NCBI RefSeq assembly: GCF_029504745.1
Contig: NZ_JAQFIQ010000008.1
Coordinates: 1 to 32,000, forward strand
Length of the DNA stretch: 32,000 nucleotides
Source of the DNA: Breznakia sp. PF5-3
GTDB lineage: Bacteria; Bacillota_I; Bacilli_A; Erysipelotrichales; Erysipelotrichaceae
Direction of reading: 5' to 3'
The notes below the pieces were generated by a model. It saw only the letters and a list, made by a program, of their open reading frames with translations. It searched no databases and was not told the origin of the DNA. Every line of letters begins with the position of its first letter. Position 1 is the stretch's first letter. The position numbers were made by a program, and so were the translations under genes. Shown here piece by piece: positions 31,270 through 32,000 of this stretch.

Positions 31270-32000
31270 CTATAATGATTTTCCACTTGATTTTGATAAT
31301 TGAATATAATGTCTCACAAGTTGTTGACTATCTTTTTCTACCTGATGCATCATAACCCAATAATTGATATCTGGATCTTTTTCTAAATGCTTTTTTATAC
31401 TTGCTACATTGGCATTCATAAAATCACAACCAACATTGATTTTATTAATCCCATATGCAACACATTGTTTTATATTTTCATCACCTGAACCTGAACCACC
31501 ATGTAATACGAGTGGCATCTTTGTTGCTTCTTTTATTTCTTTTAAGCGATTAAAGTCAAATTCTGGTACATATCCTTCTGGATAATTTCCGTGTGATGTT
31601 CCAATGGAAATTGCCAATGCATCAATGCCTGTTTCATAAGCAAAACGCTTTGCTTCTGCTACATCTGTTAGCATTGATTCCTTCGTGAATTTTCCACCTT
31701 CACTACCACCCATACAACCAATTTCTCCTTCTACACTGACATCGTAAGCCTTCGCAAAATCAACAATCTCTTTTGTCATCTTGATATTGCCTTCAAGGTC
31801 AAAACGTGAAGCATCTACCATAACGGAAGAATAGCCATCAACAATTGCTTTTTTCAATAAGCCTATTTCTTCTCCATGGTCAAAGTTTAATGCTACCTCA
31901 ACACTTGCACGCTGTGCCAATTCACGAACGATTGGTGCGATCAATGCACTGTCGCAATGTTCGACCATGTGTTCTTGAACAATGTTTACGATGATTGGTG
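31270..32000 (-). CDS. class II aldolase family protein (paralogue 3), N-terminus beyond right edge
   Basis: The frame stays open upstream of the track's Met (..PIIVNIVQEHMVEH), so the gene is truncated by the window. Motifs: NFDHG, VEGEIG, IGTSHG, LHGGSGSG. It lies 17 nt upstream of paralogue 2. Confidence 0.8.
   Translation of the reverse strand, partial: PIIVNIVQEHMVEHCDSALIAPIVRELAQRASVEVALNFDHGEEIGLLKKAIVDGYSSVMVDASRFDLEGNIKMTKEIVDFAKAYDVSVEGEIGCMGGSEGGKFTKESMLTDVAEAKRFAYETGIDALAISIGTSHGNYPEGYVPEFDFNRLKEIKEATKMPLVLHGGSGSGDENIKQCVAYGINKINVGCDFMNANVASIKKHLEKDPDINYWVMMHQVEKDSQQLVRHYIQLSKSSGKSL

Noticed and set aside
1-32000. Search by eye for CRISPR arrays, tandem repeats, tRNA/rRNA, IS elements, integrases, toxin-antitoxin pairs or defence-system hallmarks
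   Set aside because: None were found. No regularly spaced direct repeats, no transposase, recombinase, nuclease or ATPase-type ORFs, and no long terminal inverted repeats were seen. The window looks metabolic and envelope-related rather than a mobile or defence island.

Overview
AT-rich Bacillota-type chromosomal segment with AGGAGG-like RBSs and some TTG/GTG starts. About 29 protein genes are called, mostly on the minus strand. I saw no rRNA, tRNA, CRISPR array, transposase or integrase.

Content from left to right:
- A secreted/surface-protein operon that runs off the left edge.
- A P-type (type II, Ca/Mn-like) ATPase preceded by its own promoter, a yybP-ykoY-like Mn2+ riboswitch and a terminator.
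- An orphan 646-aa membrane protein and a DUF3783-like gene.
- A complete trehalose module, treR-treP(EIIBCA)-treC, with two TGTACGTACA operators built into a consensus-like promoter.
- Two small membrane-protein genes.
- A tight ten-gene minus-strand operon (21171 to 13802): ketose 3-epimerase family, class II aldolase, PTS EIIA/EIIB/EIIC (fructose family), bicupin, RpiB-family isomerase, DhaK, DhaL, HAD phosphatase.
- An Eis-like GNAT, an MtlR/LicR-type PRD regulator, a PatB/MalY-type C-S lyase, manA and a DeoR regulator.
- A second beta-propeller surface protein, a DUF1622 protein, and two tandem class II aldolase paralogues, the last running off the right edge.

The best candidate for something undescribed is the ten-gene PTS operon. 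It has no second sugar-phosphate kinase and no DhaM, yet it carries a DhaKL triose/tetrulose kinase, an aldolase, three different isomerase/epimerase folds and a translationally coupled phosphatase. That combination does not match a textbook PTS sugar pathway. Its central block is also visibly GC-richer than its flanks.

Secondary candidates are a shared non-LPXTG C-terminal sorting-type signal on the two propeller proteins and the Mn-riboswitch/ATPase unit. All functional calls rest on motif recognition by eye; no database search was possible.
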